DNA of 64,000 nucleotides from Myxococcota bacterium (GTDB lineage Bacteria; Myxococcota; B64-G9), in assembly GCA_022710975.1 (NCBI GenBank), contig JAKLGA010000009.1, positions 117,547-181,546 of the forward strand. The letters are read 5' to 3'. Shown piece by piece: positions 35,527 through 45,022 of the stretch. The translations under genes and the position numbers were made by a program. A model generated the notes under the pieces. It had not been told where the DNA came from. It worked only from the letters and a program-made list of their open reading frames with translations, and ran no database searches. Numbering within the stretch: position 1 is the first letter of the stretch; the number at the start of each line of letters is the position of its first letter.

Positions 35527-36555
35527 ATGCGCTCGATCCTGCCTGCCATCGTGGTGACCTGCTCGTGCCTGGCCTGGTCCGCGGGGGGCTGCGGTGGCTC
35601 CGAGGACCCGCTGCCGTTGCCGGAGGTGGAGGTGACCCTGGCGAACCTGTGCGATGAGATGGCCGAGGTGAGCTGCTACAACATGTTCACCTGCTGCACC
35701 GGCGAGCAGATCGAGGACGTCCTCGGCATCGCCATCTCGCTCGAGCCCGCGGACTGCCGCCGGGACATGGCGCTGCTCTGCCAGGAGCGCTTCGCCCCGA
35801 TCCTGTGGGCGGCCCAGAAGGGCTCGGTGGGCGTCGACACCCTGGCGATCGGCGGGTGCCTGCAGTTGATGCTGGTGCGGGGCGCCTGCTTCGAGCACGT
35901 GAGCACCATTCCCTGGGAGGAGGCCTGCGAGGCGGACCAGGTGGTGGGCACGGTCCAGCCGGGCGGCGCCTGCGTGTACGGGTGGGAGTGCGCCAACGGC
36001 GGCTTCTGCGCTCCGGACGCCCGCTGCGTGGCCCTGCCGGGCCCGGGGCAGGAGTGCGACGACGTGTGCGCCGCGGGCCTGTTCTGCAACCGGCGGACCT
36101 ACCGCTGCGAGAACCAGCTCGGCTCGGGCCAGGCCTGCAACGACTCCTCCTTCTGCCAGGCGGGCCTGTTCTGCAAGTTCGACGGCGAGGGCGCGGGCGC
36201 CTGCACCTCCCCGCGCGCCGTGGGGCAGCCCTGCGAGGGCGACCAGGACTGCGCCACCAGCTACTGCCAGCCGGGCGTGTGCGCCGGGAGCACCCTCGAG
36301 TGCTTCGAGAACTCGGACTGCCCGGGCCAGTGCGTGGGCTCGGACTCATCCTGCTTCAGCGACTACGACTGCGGCAGCCGCTGCTCCATCTCGCACGACC
36401 CCTGCTACTCGGACTACGACTGCACCGAGGGCGGGTCGTGCGTGCCCGACACCTGCGACCAGCAGGGCTGCTCCGGGCAGCCGGTGTGCGCGGAGCGCTG
36501 GCTGATCCTGGACTACTGCGAGGGCACCCTGGGGATGTTCCTGGGCGAGGACTGA
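35527..36555 (+). CDS. Cysteine-rich lipoprotein, hypothetical
   Basis: RBS GAGGGAGG before ATG. Lipobox-like SAGGCGG. More than 40 Cys in CxxxxC/CxxGxFC patterns. Confidence 0.6.
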   Translation: MRSILPAIVVTCSCLAWSAGGCGGSEDPLPLPEVEVTLANLCDEMAEVSCYNMFTCCTGEQIEDVLGIAISLEPADCRRDMALLCQERFAPILWAAQKGSVGVDTLAIGGCLQLMLVRGACFEHVSTIPWEEACEADQVVGTVQPGGACVYGWECANGGFCAPDARCVALPGPGQECDDVCAAGLFCNRRTYRCENQLGSGQACNDSSFCQAGLFCKFDGEGAGACTSPRAVGQPCEGDQDCATSYCQPGVCAGSTLECFENSDCPGQCVGSDSSCFSDYDCGSRCSISHDPCYSDYDCTEGGSCVPDTCDQQGCSGQPVCAERWLILDYCEGTLGMFLGED

Positions 36556-36568
36556 GCGCGACGGCGGC

Positions 36569-38092
36569 TCAGTACTCGAACAACCTGAGCTCGGCCAGCT
36601 CCTGCGGGTCCTCGCTCGGGCCCAGCGGGGAGAAGGCCTGGCGGGTGCGGGCGCCCCGGTCGTTGTCGTAGACCACGAGATCGAAGGCGAACACCTCTCC
36701 GCTCGCGGGCGGCGCCTCGCTGTAGCCCAGCTCCGTCCAGGGGATGCGCGCCAGGAAGGTCCAGCCCTGGCCCTCGCGGCAGTCGTCCTCGGGGCGCTGG
36801 CCGGAGAGCTCGAAGCGGAAGTCGACCCCGACCGGCTGCCAGGCCCCGCCGCCCAGGGCGTCGAAGGCGGTGCTGCCCGACAGGTCGAACAGGGCGCGGC
36901 GGGACACGCGCTCCCCGCCCGCGCTCGCCCGGATCAGGGTCAACTCCACGGCGTCATCGCGCTGGATGGCCTGGCGATCGCCCTCGCCGCGCTGCTGGGC
37001 GCAGAAGGTCTCGTCGCGGCTGCTCACGGCCAGCCCCAGCGCCGTCGGATCCCACAGCGCGCGGACCTCGACCGCCTCCTGCCCGGGCGCCGGGCGCAGG
37101 GCCAGCGGCGCGGCGCCGCTGGAGAGGTAGGCCCCGGGCTCCTCGGCGAAGGCGGCGCTGTCCCGGGGGACCGCCCGGGCGTCGAGCAGGCGGGTCTTGC
37201 GGAACACCTCGCCGGCCAGGGCCGGGTCGTAGGCCGGCCCGCCGGCCCAGGCGCCGGGCCAGCGGGTGAGCGCCAGGGCGCCCTGGCCGTCCACCTGGCG
37301 GAGCTCCAGCCCGAGCCGCATGCGCCGGTTCGGCCCGGGCCCGTCGTTGGCCTCGAGCTGGTCGATCGGCACGGCGGCGAAGTAGCGCGCGCCGTCCTCC
37401 AGTGCGGTGAAGTCGTGCAGCACGCTCACCCCGAGCGGGTTCCACAGCTCCTGGTAGCGCTCGGGGCCCAGGGCCAGGACCAGATCGTCTGCGCCGCGCT
37501 CGTCCTCCAGGCTGTCGGCCAGCCCGTCGAGCGCCACCACCAGCGCGTCGCCGGTCCACAGATCCTCGCCGTGCGTGGCGCCGGCCCCCCGCAGGCGGAC
37601 GTCGAGGAACAGGTGGCGCCGGTTGGCGGCCAGGCTGACCTCGGCCGGCCCGAGCCGGAGGCTCCACGGCAGCCCCTCGGGCTCGAGTCCGGCCGCGGGA
37701 TCCGCCAGGGCGGGACCGGCGTGGACCACGGCGGCCTCCACCCGCGTGAGGAACAGGCTCGCCAGCAGGGGGCCTTCGCCCTCGCGCAGCTCGGGGCTGA
37801 AGGCCCAGGCCCGGGGCTGGCCCTGCGCGGTGAGCCCGAGCAGCTCGAGGCGGAAGGGGCCGGCGGGGTGGATCGGCCCCAGGCGCGTGCTGCCACCGCC
37901 GCCCGGCGCGCGGAGCCCGGGCTCGACGGCGCCGTCCGGCGTGACCAGGCCGAGCGACAGCTCCGTCCAGCCGTCCATGGCGCCCTCGCCCACCGGCACC
38001 AGGTTGACGAACAGCTCGTCCGCCGCCTGGCTGGCGCAGCCGGCGAGCCACGCCGCGGACAGGCCGAGCAGGGCGGTCAGGCGCAGGCGCAT
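36569..38092 (-). CDS. Lipoprotein with CBM9-like/DOMON-like carbohydrate-binding-type domain (tentative)
   Basis: Lipobox LAGC. C-terminal VFAFDLVVYDNDRG resembles the CBM9 family; otherwise unknown. Confidence 0.55.
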   Translation of the reverse strand: MRLRLTALLGLSAAWLAGCASQAADELFVNLVPVGEGAMDGWTELSLGLVTPDGAVEPGLRAPGGGGSTRLGPIHPAGPFRLELLGLTAQGQPRAWAFSPELREGEGPLLASLFLTRVEAAVVHAGPALADPAAGLEPEGLPWSLRLGPAEVSLAANRRHLFLDVRLRGAGATHGEDLWTGDALVVALDGLADSLEDERGADDLVLALGPERYQELWNPLGVSVLHDFTALEDGARYFAAVPIDQLEANDGPGPNRRMRLGLELRQVDGQGALALTRWPGAWAGGPAYDPALAGEVFRKTRLLDARAVPRDSAAFAEEPGAYLSSGAAPLALRPAPGQEAVEVRALWDPTALGLAVSSRDETFCAQQRGEGDRQAIQRDDAVELTLIRASAGGERVSRRALFDLSGSTAFDALGGGAWQPVGVDFRFELSGQRPEDDCREGQGWTFLARIPWTELGYSEAPPASGEVFAFDLVVYDNDRGARTRQAFSPLGPSEDPQELAELRLFEY

Positions 38093-38097
38093 GCCCT

Positions 38098-39462
38098 TCA
38101 GCGGCCCTCCAGGCCGTGCTTCTTCAGCAGATCCTTGAGGTGGTGCCGATCGAGCCGGGCCTCGCGGGCGGCGGCCGACAGGTTGCCGCGGTGGCGGGCC
38201 AGGAGATCGAGCAGGTAGGCGCGCTCGAAGGCGTCCACCACCCGCCCCTTGGCGTCCTTGAAGGCGGCGCCCCCCTGGCGGGCCGTGCCCTCCCCGATGG
38301 CGCGCTCGAGCTCGGCCACGAAGGCGCGCGGCTCGAACGGGCGGCCGCTGGCGGCGCCGAGCAGCGCCGCCGCGCGATCGACCGCGTTGCGCAGCTCACG
38401 GATGTTCCCCGGCCAGGGGTAGGCCTGCAGCGCGGTCAGCGCCCCGGCCGGCAGCGCCTCGGCCCGCCAGCCCTCGCGCTCGCCAGCCGCCCGGACCAGG
38501 AAGTGCGCCAGGAGCTGGGGCAGATCCTCGCTCCGCTCGCGCAGCGGGGGCAGGCGCAGGGACACCACCGCCAGGCGGTAGAACAGGTCCTCACGGAAGC
38601 GCCCCTCGGCCACCTCGCGGCGCAGCTCGCGGTGGGTGGCCGCGATCAGCCGGACGTCCACCTCCACGGGGCGATCCGCGCCAACCGGCCGGATCTGCTT
38701 GCGCTCCAGCGCCCGCAGCAGCTTGGGCTGCAGCTCGGCCGCGAGCTCACCGACCTCGTCGAGCAGCAGGGTGCCGCCGCGGGCCTGCTCGAAGCAGCCC
38801 GCCCGGTCGGCCTGGGCGCCGGTGAAGGCCCCCTTGCGGTGGCCGAACAGCTCGCTCTCTGCGAGATCGCGGGGGATGGCGGTGCAGTCCAACACCACGA
38901 AGGGGGCGTCCCGGCGGGGGCTGGCCCGGTGGATGGCCTCGGCCAGCGCCTCCTTGCCGGTGCCCGTCTCGCCCTCCAGCAGCACGGTGACCTCGCTGCC
39001 GGCCACCTCCGCGGCGGTGGCGAAGATCTCGCGCATGCGGCGGCTCTGCCCGAGCACCCCGTGGAAGCTGGACGCCTCGAGGGGCGCCGGGCGCAGCCCG
39101 CGCTCCTCCGGCACGATCTTGAGCGCGGTCTGCCCGAGCCGCACCAGCGCGCCCGGGGCCAGCACCAGCTCCCGCACCCTCGAGCCCTCGTAGAAGGTGC
39201 CGTTGGTGCTGCCCGGGTCCTGGAGCCACACCCCTCCGGGCGCCAGCTTGGCCAGCAGGTGGCGACGGGAGACCGTCCCGTCGACCAGCACCAGCTCGCA
39301 GGCGGGATCGGTGCCGATCTGGATGGGCTCGGGCCCCACGGCGCAGGCCCGGCCCGCGTCCGGTCCCTCGACCACCAGCAGGCGCAGCGCGCCCAGGTCG
39401 CGGCGCACGTCCTCGCTCGGCCCGGCTAGCAGGCTGGTGGTCCTGGAGTCGTCCTGGCTCAT
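38098..39462 (-). CDS. Sigma-54-dependent transcriptional activator with N-terminal FHA domain (FHA-AAA+-HTH)
   Basis: FHA (GTDPACELVLVDGTVSRRHL...STNGTF), Walker A GETGTGKE, GAFTGA sigma-54 contact motif, R-finger region, C-terminal Fis-type HTH. Confidence 0.85.
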   Translation of the reverse strand: MSQDDSRTTSLLAGPSEDVRRDLGALRLLVVEGPDAGRACAVGPEPIQIGTDPACELVLVDGTVSRRHLLAKLAPGGVWLQDPGSTNGTFYEGSRVRELVLAPGALVRLGQTALKIVPEERGLRPAPLEASSFHGVLGQSRRMREIFATAAEVAGSEVTVLLEGETGTGKEALAEAIHRASPRRDAPFVVLDCTAIPRDLAESELFGHRKGAFTGAQADRAGCFEQARGGTLLLDEVGELAAELQPKLLRALERKQIRPVGADRPVEVDVRLIAATHRELRREVAEGRFREDLFYRLAVVSLRLPPLRERSEDLPQLLAHFLVRAAGEREGWRAEALPAGALTALQAYPWPGNIRELRNAVDRAAALLGAASGRPFEPRAFVAELERAIGEGTARQGGAAFKDAKGRVVDAFERAYLLDLLARHRGNLSAAAREARLDRHHLKDLLKKHGLEGR

Positions 39463-39562
39463 GCGGCGCCATTCTACCCGCCGCGAGCCGGCCTGGGAAG
39501 CTTCAACCGGGCGCTTCCGCCGGGCGCCCCCTTGCTGGTAGACTCCCGCCCGGAGAGCTTCC

Positions 39563-40471
39563 TTGAGGTGGACGAAGCACAGCGCGCGGGCGGCGGTCCT
39601 CCTGGGCCTGGCCTTGCTCGCCGGGGCCGCGGCGCCCGGGCGGGCGGACGGGCTCGACCAGGCCGCCGCGGACGCCGCCGCCCTGGAGACCCGCCGGTTC
39701 GTGGCCGAGGCCCGCGAGCGCTACCGCGCCTTCGAGCTGCCGGCCGCGCTCGAGCGGCTGGAGGCGGCGCGCGCCCGCTGGGCCCAGGCCTGCCCGGCCC
39801 TGGACGAGGAGCTCGCCAGCGCGCCCTTCCTGCTCGAGGGGCAGGTGCGCTTCGCCGCGGGCGAGCGCGCCCGGGCGCTGGAGGCCTTCGGCCAGGCGGT
39901 GGCCGTGAGCCCCGCGCTCGCGCCCGATCCGCGCGAGTGGTCGCCCAAGCTGGTGGCGGCCTTCGCCGAGGCGCGCGCGGGCCGGGAGGCGCTGCCCCAG
40001 GCCCGGCTCTCGCCGCTTCGGCTCTCGCCCGCTGGTGCGGAGCTCGCGCTGGACGGCCGCGCGCTGGGCGCGCCGCCGGGCCCGCTGTCGCTCCCGCCGG
40101 GCGACCACTGCCTGGTCGCGCGCGCCCCCGGCCACCGGCCGGGCGCGCTGGTGCTGCGCCTGGCGCCGGGGGAGGAGCGCGCCGTGGAGCTCGCGCTCGT
40201 GGCCGAGGCCGGGCCGGAGCCTGTGGCGCTGCCCGCCGCCGCGCCCGAGCCGGCGCCCGGGGCCGCCCTGCCGGCCCTGGAGCCGCGCGCGTTGGTCGCG
40301 CCCGAGCCGGCGCCCGCGCCGGTGGAGACCGTCTGGTACGAACGCTGGTGGGTCTGGACGCTGGTCGGCGCCGCCGTGCTGGGCGGCGCGGCCACGGCCC
40401 TGGGCGTGCTGCTCGCCCCCGGCGAGGGCGATCCCGGGCTGCAGGTGGTCATCACCCGCCCGCCGAGGTAG
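39563..40471 (+). CDS. PEGA-domain secreted protein
   Basis: TTG start with RBS GGAGAG. Signal peptide. PEGA core ELALDGRALGAPPGPLSLPPGDHCLV. C-terminal TM. Confidence 0.55.
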   Translation: MRWTKHSARAAVLLGLALLAGAAAPGRADGLDQAAADAAALETRRFVAEARERYRAFELPAALERLEAARARWAQACPALDEELASAPFLLEGQVRFAAGERARALEAFGQAVAVSPALAPDPREWSPKLVAAFAEARAGREALPQARLSPLRLSPAGAELALDGRALGAPPGPLSLPPGDHCLVARAPGHRPGALVLRLAPGEERAVELALVAEAGPEPVALPAAAPEPAPGAALPALEPRALVAPEPAPAPVETVWYERWWVWTLVGAAVLGGAATALGVLLAPGEGDPGLQVVITRPPR

Positions 40472-40474
40472 GCC

Positions 40475-42031
40475 GTGCCGGGCTGCTACAGGCTCATCGG
40501 CCGCATCGGGGCCGGAGGGATGGCCGAGGTCTTCGAGGGGCTGGCCCTGGGGGAGGCCGGCTTCGAGAAGCGGGTGGCCATCAAGCGCATCCTGCCCTCG
40601 CTGGCGCGGGATCCGGCCCTCACCGGCTTGCTGGTCGAGGAGGCCCGGGTCGCCAGCCGGCTGGCCCACGGCAACCTGGTGCAGGTCCTCGACCTGGGCC
40701 GCGCCGGGGGTGACTACTACCTGGTGATGGAGCTCGTGGACGGGGCGGATCTGGCCAGCCTGCAGCGGCACCTGCCCGGGCTCGGCCTCGAGCTCCCACC
40801 CGGCCTGGCGGTGTGGATCTGCCGGCAGGTGCTGGCGGGCCTGCACTTCGTGCACCAGCTCGGCGACGCGGACGGCCAGCCGCTGCACCTGGTGCACCGC
40901 GACGTCAGCCCGGGCAACATCCTGGTCTCGCGCGCCGGCCAGGTGAAGCTGACCGACTTCGGCATCGTGAAGGCCCGCGACCGGGCCATCCACACCGAGG
41001 CCGGCCTGATCCGGGGCAAGGCCGCCTACATGCCGCCCGAGCAGGCCGCCGGGGAGCCCCTCGATCAGCGCGCGGATCTCTTCTCCCTGGGCGTGGTGCT
41101 GCACGAGCTGCTGGTCGGGCGAGCGCTCTTCGCCGGGGACTCGCCGGCGGCGGTGCTGCGGCGGGTGGTGTCCCTCGAGCGCGAGCCCGCCCCGGCGCCC
41201 TCCAGCCTGCGGCCCGGGCTGCCCGCGACGCTGGACGCGGTGGTCGGGTGCGCGCTGGCACCCTGCCCCGCGGGGCGCTACCCCAGCGCCCGGGCGTTCG
41301 ACGAGGCGCTGGAGGCGGCCGCCCTGGAGGCCGGCCTGCGCGGCTCGGCCGCGGAGCTCGAGGACTGGCTGGCGCGCGCCATGCCGCCCGCCCGGCTCGA
41401 GCCGCTGCCGGCGGGCGCGGGCTGCATCGAGCTCGGGCCCGCGTCCGCCGCGCCGGTCGGGACCCTCCCGCTCGCCCGGGCGGTCGCGCCCATCTCCGCC
41501 CCCGGGCGCGCCGGCGGGCGAGGGGCCTGGCTCGGGCTCGGGGTGGTGCTGCTCGCGGGCGCGGCCGCCGTGGGCTGGAGGTTCCTGTCCCCGGAGGAGG
41601 GCGCGCCCGTGGCGCGGCCCGGCGCCGTGGCTGCCCCCGCGGCGCCCCCGACCTCCCCCGACCGCGGAGCCGATCTGGCGGCGCCCGGCCTGCGCCAGGG
41701 GCGAGGCTGCCTGCACGCCTGCGCGGGCGCGCAGCCCGCCCCGGTCCGGCCCGGGGCCAAGCCCGGGCGGCCGGCGCCTGGCCCGGTGACGCCCGCGGGG
41801 GAGGGCACCCTGTTCCTCAACTCCGAGCCGTGGGCGCGCATCCTGGTGGACGGCCGGGACACGGGCGCCACCACGCCCACGGTCGAGGGGCTGCGCCTGC
41901 GGGCCGGCCGCCACTCCATCACCCTCGTCAACCCGGAGCTGGAGCTGCGCCTGGACGCCGAGGTCGAGCTCGACCGGGACGAGGTCCTCAAGCGCTTCTT
42001 CGATCTGCGCAGGGATGGCCAGCAGCGCTGA
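40475..42031 (+). CDS. Hanks-type Ser/Thr protein kinase with TM and C-terminal PEGA domain (HRDVSPGN catalytic loop)
   Basis: G-loop GAGGMAEV, AIK, HRDVSPGN, DFG, PPE. C-terminal EGTLFLNSEPWARILVDGRDTGATTP = PEGA. Confidence 0.8.
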   Translation: MPGCYRLIGRIGAGGMAEVFEGLALGEAGFEKRVAIKRILPSLARDPALTGLLVEEARVASRLAHGNLVQVLDLGRAGGDYYLVMELVDGADLASLQRHLPGLGLELPPGLAVWICRQVLAGLHFVHQLGDADGQPLHLVHRDVSPGNILVSRAGQVKLTDFGIVKARDRAIHTEAGLIRGKAAYMPPEQAAGEPLDQRADLFSLGVVLHELLVGRALFAGDSPAAVLRRVVSLEREPAPAPSSLRPGLPATLDAVVGCALAPCPAGRYPSARAFDEALEAAALEAGLRGSAAELEDWLARAMPPARLEPLPAGAGCIELGPASAAPVGTLPLARAVAPISAPGRAGGRGAWLGLGVVLLAGAAAVGWRFLSPEEGAPVARPGAVAAPAAPPTSPDRGADLAAPGLRQGRGCLHACAGAQPAPVRPGAKPGRPAPGPVTPAGEGTLFLNSEPWARILVDGRDTGATTPTVEGLRLRAGRHSITLVNPELELRLDAEVELDRDEVLKRFFDLRRDGQQR

Positions 42032-42058
42032 GCCGGGCGGGCCTGGGTCGGGGGATCC

Positions 42059-44191
42059 TCAGTCGATGCCGTCGTCCATGAACAGGGTGCAGACCGAGCC
42101 GTCGGCCCGGGGGCAGGTGAAGTACATGGTGATGGAGGCCATGATCGGGTTGACCGTGCCGGTGCAGCCGCTGGCGGTGTAGATGGTCTCGTGATCGATG
42201 CAGCCGCCCGCGCCCAGCACGTCCGCCGCGACCTGCTCGAAGGCCAGGCTGCACCCGGTCTGCGCCACCGGGATCGGCAGCTCGGGCGGAGCCGTCCCGG
42301 CCAGGCAGTCGCCGCTCACCCAGTAGGAGCGGGCCACCTGCGGGCAGGACACCGCGTCGCAACCCTCGCTGCCCACGCAGTCCCCCGGGCAGTTGCAGCG
42401 GGTCTCGCCCTGGCCGCAGGTCCCGTCCCCGCAGCGGGCGCACACGAAGCAGGGGCAGTTGACGCCCATGCACGCCAGGGTCACGTCGTCCAGGACGGTG
42501 AAGGGGATGGGGGTCAGGCCGGCGCAGCACTTCCCCTCCGTGTCCGGGTCCTCGAACTGCCCGCCCTCGGCCACGCAGCCCGGCTCGACGCACAGGCCGG
42601 TCTGGGGGTCGCACTGGCCGTCGCCGCACACGCCGTCCATCAGGCAGGCCTGGAAGATGAAGCAAGAGGCGTCACAGCCCTCGCAGCCGCAGCCCTCGGC
42701 GCCGTACGGTCCCGGGCAGGTGCAGTCGCAGATGCCGGTGCAGGCGGCCGTGCACATGGGCGAGGCGTCGCAGGTGGCCGCGTCCGGGAGCCCGGAGCAG
42801 TTCGTGTTGCGGCAGTCCACCACGCACTGACCGTCCGCGGGCTGGCACACGAAGCCCTCGGCGCAGCCGGCCGGGGAGGCGTGGCACAGGCAGGGATCGG
42901 CGAACCACTCGATGGGGTACCACCTGCCGTCCTGGCCGCAGCTGTAGCAGCCCGGCTCCTCGGCCAGGTGGTTGCCGCAGGCGCAGGGCTGGGTCTCCCC
43001 GGGCACGCACTCGGGCACCGGGCAGTCCGCCCCGCAGGTGCAGAAGTTCTCCTCGGGGCCGCACACGTCGTCCCCGCAGGGCAGGCACACGTAGCACAGG
43101 CAGTCGAACGAGTCGCAGGTGAGCTCGCCCTGGACCACCATGGGCATGCTGTCGGTCATCTTCTCCAGCCCCTCGCAGCAGCGCTGGGCGCCGTCGAAGT
43201 CCACGAAGCGGTCGCCGAGCCCGTGGCAGTCGCTCTGGCACTGGAGCTCCGGCGAGCCGACGCACTCCCAGCGCCCGTCCGCGCCGCAGGTGCACCAGGG
43301 CACGCTGGTGCCGTCCGCGCAGGCGTAAGGGCGCACACCCCCGGGCACGCACTCGCCGCAGTCTTCGGCGCAGATGCAGGGGTCCTCGCCCGCGCCGCAG
43401 ATCCCGTCGCCGCAGGCCACGCACACGGTCACCAGGGCGTCGAAGGAGACGCAGCCCCCGCCAGCCGGATCGTAGGGGGTGTACTCGCGGGCGGCCAGGC
43501 CCTCGCAGCAGGGGGTCTGGGCCGGGGTGAGGTTCACCGCGCGCTCTCCGGCCTCGACGCAGTTCGGCTCGCACACGCAGTGCCCGGCCGCCTCGTCGCA
43601 CACCGAGGGGCAGTGCTGGATGGTCATGCACGGCTCGTCCGTCTGGCAGGGCACCTTGCACTCGCAGCGCCGCTCCGCGTTGCAGAAGGCCGGGCAGTTC
43701 AGCACCTGGCAGTCCTCGTCATCCGCGCACATGTCGACGCAGTGGCACTGCTCGTCCGAGCCGCAGTAAGCCTGGCAGTTGAGCGCCTGGCAGTCCGCGG
43801 TTCCGCGGCAGGTCAGGGGCGGCGGATCGCACTCACTGAAGGTCCCGTCCAGCTCCTCGTCGCAGCAGACCGTGCCGTCGGCGGCGGTCGTGCAGCAGCG
43901 CCCGTCGTCGGCGATCAGCCCGCCCAGGAGCTCGCACACGATCCCCTCGAGCACGGCCAGGTCGGCCGCGTCCACCCGCCCGTCGCCGTTGAGATCGCCC
44001 GCCAGATCGCCCCCGCCCTGGTCGAGGATGGCCTGGAGCGCCGCCAGGTCCTGCACGTCCACCCGGCCGTCGCCGTTCAGGTCCCCGCTCGGGCTGGGGT
44101 CGTAGTCCACGCAGCCCGTCGCCCAGCCCGCGAACGCAACCATCACCAGACCGGCCAGCAAGCCTCTCATCGCGTTCATCATCGTGTTCAT
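42059..44191 (-). CDS. Lipoprotein with two dockerin-type Ca-binding repeats (DLNGDGRVDxxDL) and large cysteine-rich region
   Basis: RBS GGAGGGAG before ATG 44191. Lipobox ATGC. Two DLNGDGRVD repeats. About 100 Cys downstream. Confidence 0.65.
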   Translation of the reverse strand: MNTMMNAMRGLLAGLVMVAFAGWATGCVDYDPSPSGDLNGDGRVDVQDLAALQAILDQGGGDLAGDLNGDGRVDAADLAVLEGIVCELLGGLIADDGRCCTTAADGTVCCDEELDGTFSECDPPPLTCRGTADCQALNCQAYCGSDEQCHCVDMCADDEDCQVLNCPAFCNAERRCECKVPCQTDEPCMTIQHCPSVCDEAAGHCVCEPNCVEAGERAVNLTPAQTPCCEGLAAREYTPYDPAGGGCVSFDALVTVCVACGDGICGAGEDPCICAEDCGECVPGGVRPYACADGTSVPWCTCGADGRWECVGSPELQCQSDCHGLGDRFVDFDGAQRCCEGLEKMTDSMPMVVQGELTCDSFDCLCYVCLPCGDDVCGPEENFCTCGADCPVPECVPGETQPCACGNHLAEEPGCYSCGQDGRWYPIEWFADPCLCHASPAGCAEGFVCQPADGQCVVDCRNTNCSGLPDAATCDASPMCTAACTGICDCTCPGPYGAEGCGCEGCDASCFIFQACLMDGVCGDGQCDPQTGLCVEPGCVAEGGQFEDPDTEGKCCAGLTPIPFTVLDDVTLACMGVNCPCFVCARCGDGTCGQGETRCNCPGDCVGSEGCDAVSCPQVARSYWVSGDCLAGTAPPELPIPVAQTGCSLAFEQVAADVLGAGGCIDHETIYTASGCTGTVNPIMASITMYFTCPRADGSVCTLFMDDGID

Positions 44192-44482
44192 CGTCGCTCC
44201 CTCCGCTCGATTGGGTTCGCTCCGCGCCTCGCGGGGTGTGCGAAGCAGGAAGCAGACCAGCCGGGAGCGCACCGCCCAACCGCATGAAAGCCCGAGGTTT
44301 TCGTGAAGGCCCTGGCGGAGGCTGCGCGGGCCGTTCTTGGGGGGTGCGGCCTCCAGATCGGGGGCCTGCCAGGTAACTCTCCTTCCTCGAAGGTGTTTTC
44401 TGGTAGGTCCGGCCCCGGGTCTTGCCCCCGGCCGCCCTCGTGTGGCAGATTCCCCTCGTCCATGGAGCGCAAGGAGGTTCCC

Positions 44483-45007
44483 ATGCCGCGTGCGATGGCC
44501 TGGACCGTGCTGCTCACGCTGGCGCTGGCCGGCTGTGGCGGGGGCGACAACCTGGGGCGGGAGGACGTCGAGGACCTGCCCGCCGGGGACGCCACCGGCA
44601 GCGCCCTGTCGGGCAACTACGACCTCGAGTTCTACACCACCGCCTGCAAGGGCGCCTGCCCGCTCATCGACATGGGGCTCTACTCCCTGTCCATCTGCGA
44701 CGTGGGCAACACGGACGACGCGACCGTCAGCGTGACCCAGACCGACGGTCGCCTGCTCATCGTCGGCCCGAGCCTGCTGGTCCCTCGCATGGAGGGCGGG
44801 CTCGACCAGGACGGCACCTTCCTGGTGGGCGGCTACGCCACGCAGAACTCGGGCTCGGTGGAGATCGTGACCCTGGGCGAGGGCGCCATCGACGGCCAGG
44901 GCCAGATGACCGGCAGCAGCGAGACGCACGCCTGGGGCGAGGTCAACCAGACGCGGATCGACTGCACCGCCCTGTTCGAGATCAGCGGCCAGCGCTCCAA
45001 CCCGTAG
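44483..45007 (+). CDS. Lipoprotein, hypothetical
   Basis: RBS AAGGAGG 5 nt before ATG 44483. Lipobox LAGC. The listed longer ORF start (44303) lacks an RBS. Confidence 0.5.
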   Translation: MPRAMAWTVLLTLALAGCGGGDNLGREDVEDLPAGDATGSALSGNYDLEFYTTACKGACPLIDMGLYSLSICDVGNTDDATVSVTQTDGRLLIVGPSLLVPRMEGGLDQDGTFLVGGYATQNSGSVEIVTLGEGAIDGQGQMTGSSETHAWGEVNQTRIDCTALFEISGQRSNP

Positions 45008-45022
45008 GCCGCTTCGCCCCCT

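Noticed and set aside
41988-44929. Overlapping frames 41988..42665(-), 42191..44287(+), 42672..43661(-) around the dockerin lipoprotein gene
   Set aside because: Only the 42059..44191 minus frame has RBS, lipobox, dockerin repeats and coherent Cys spacing. The others are Arg/Gly-rich shadows.
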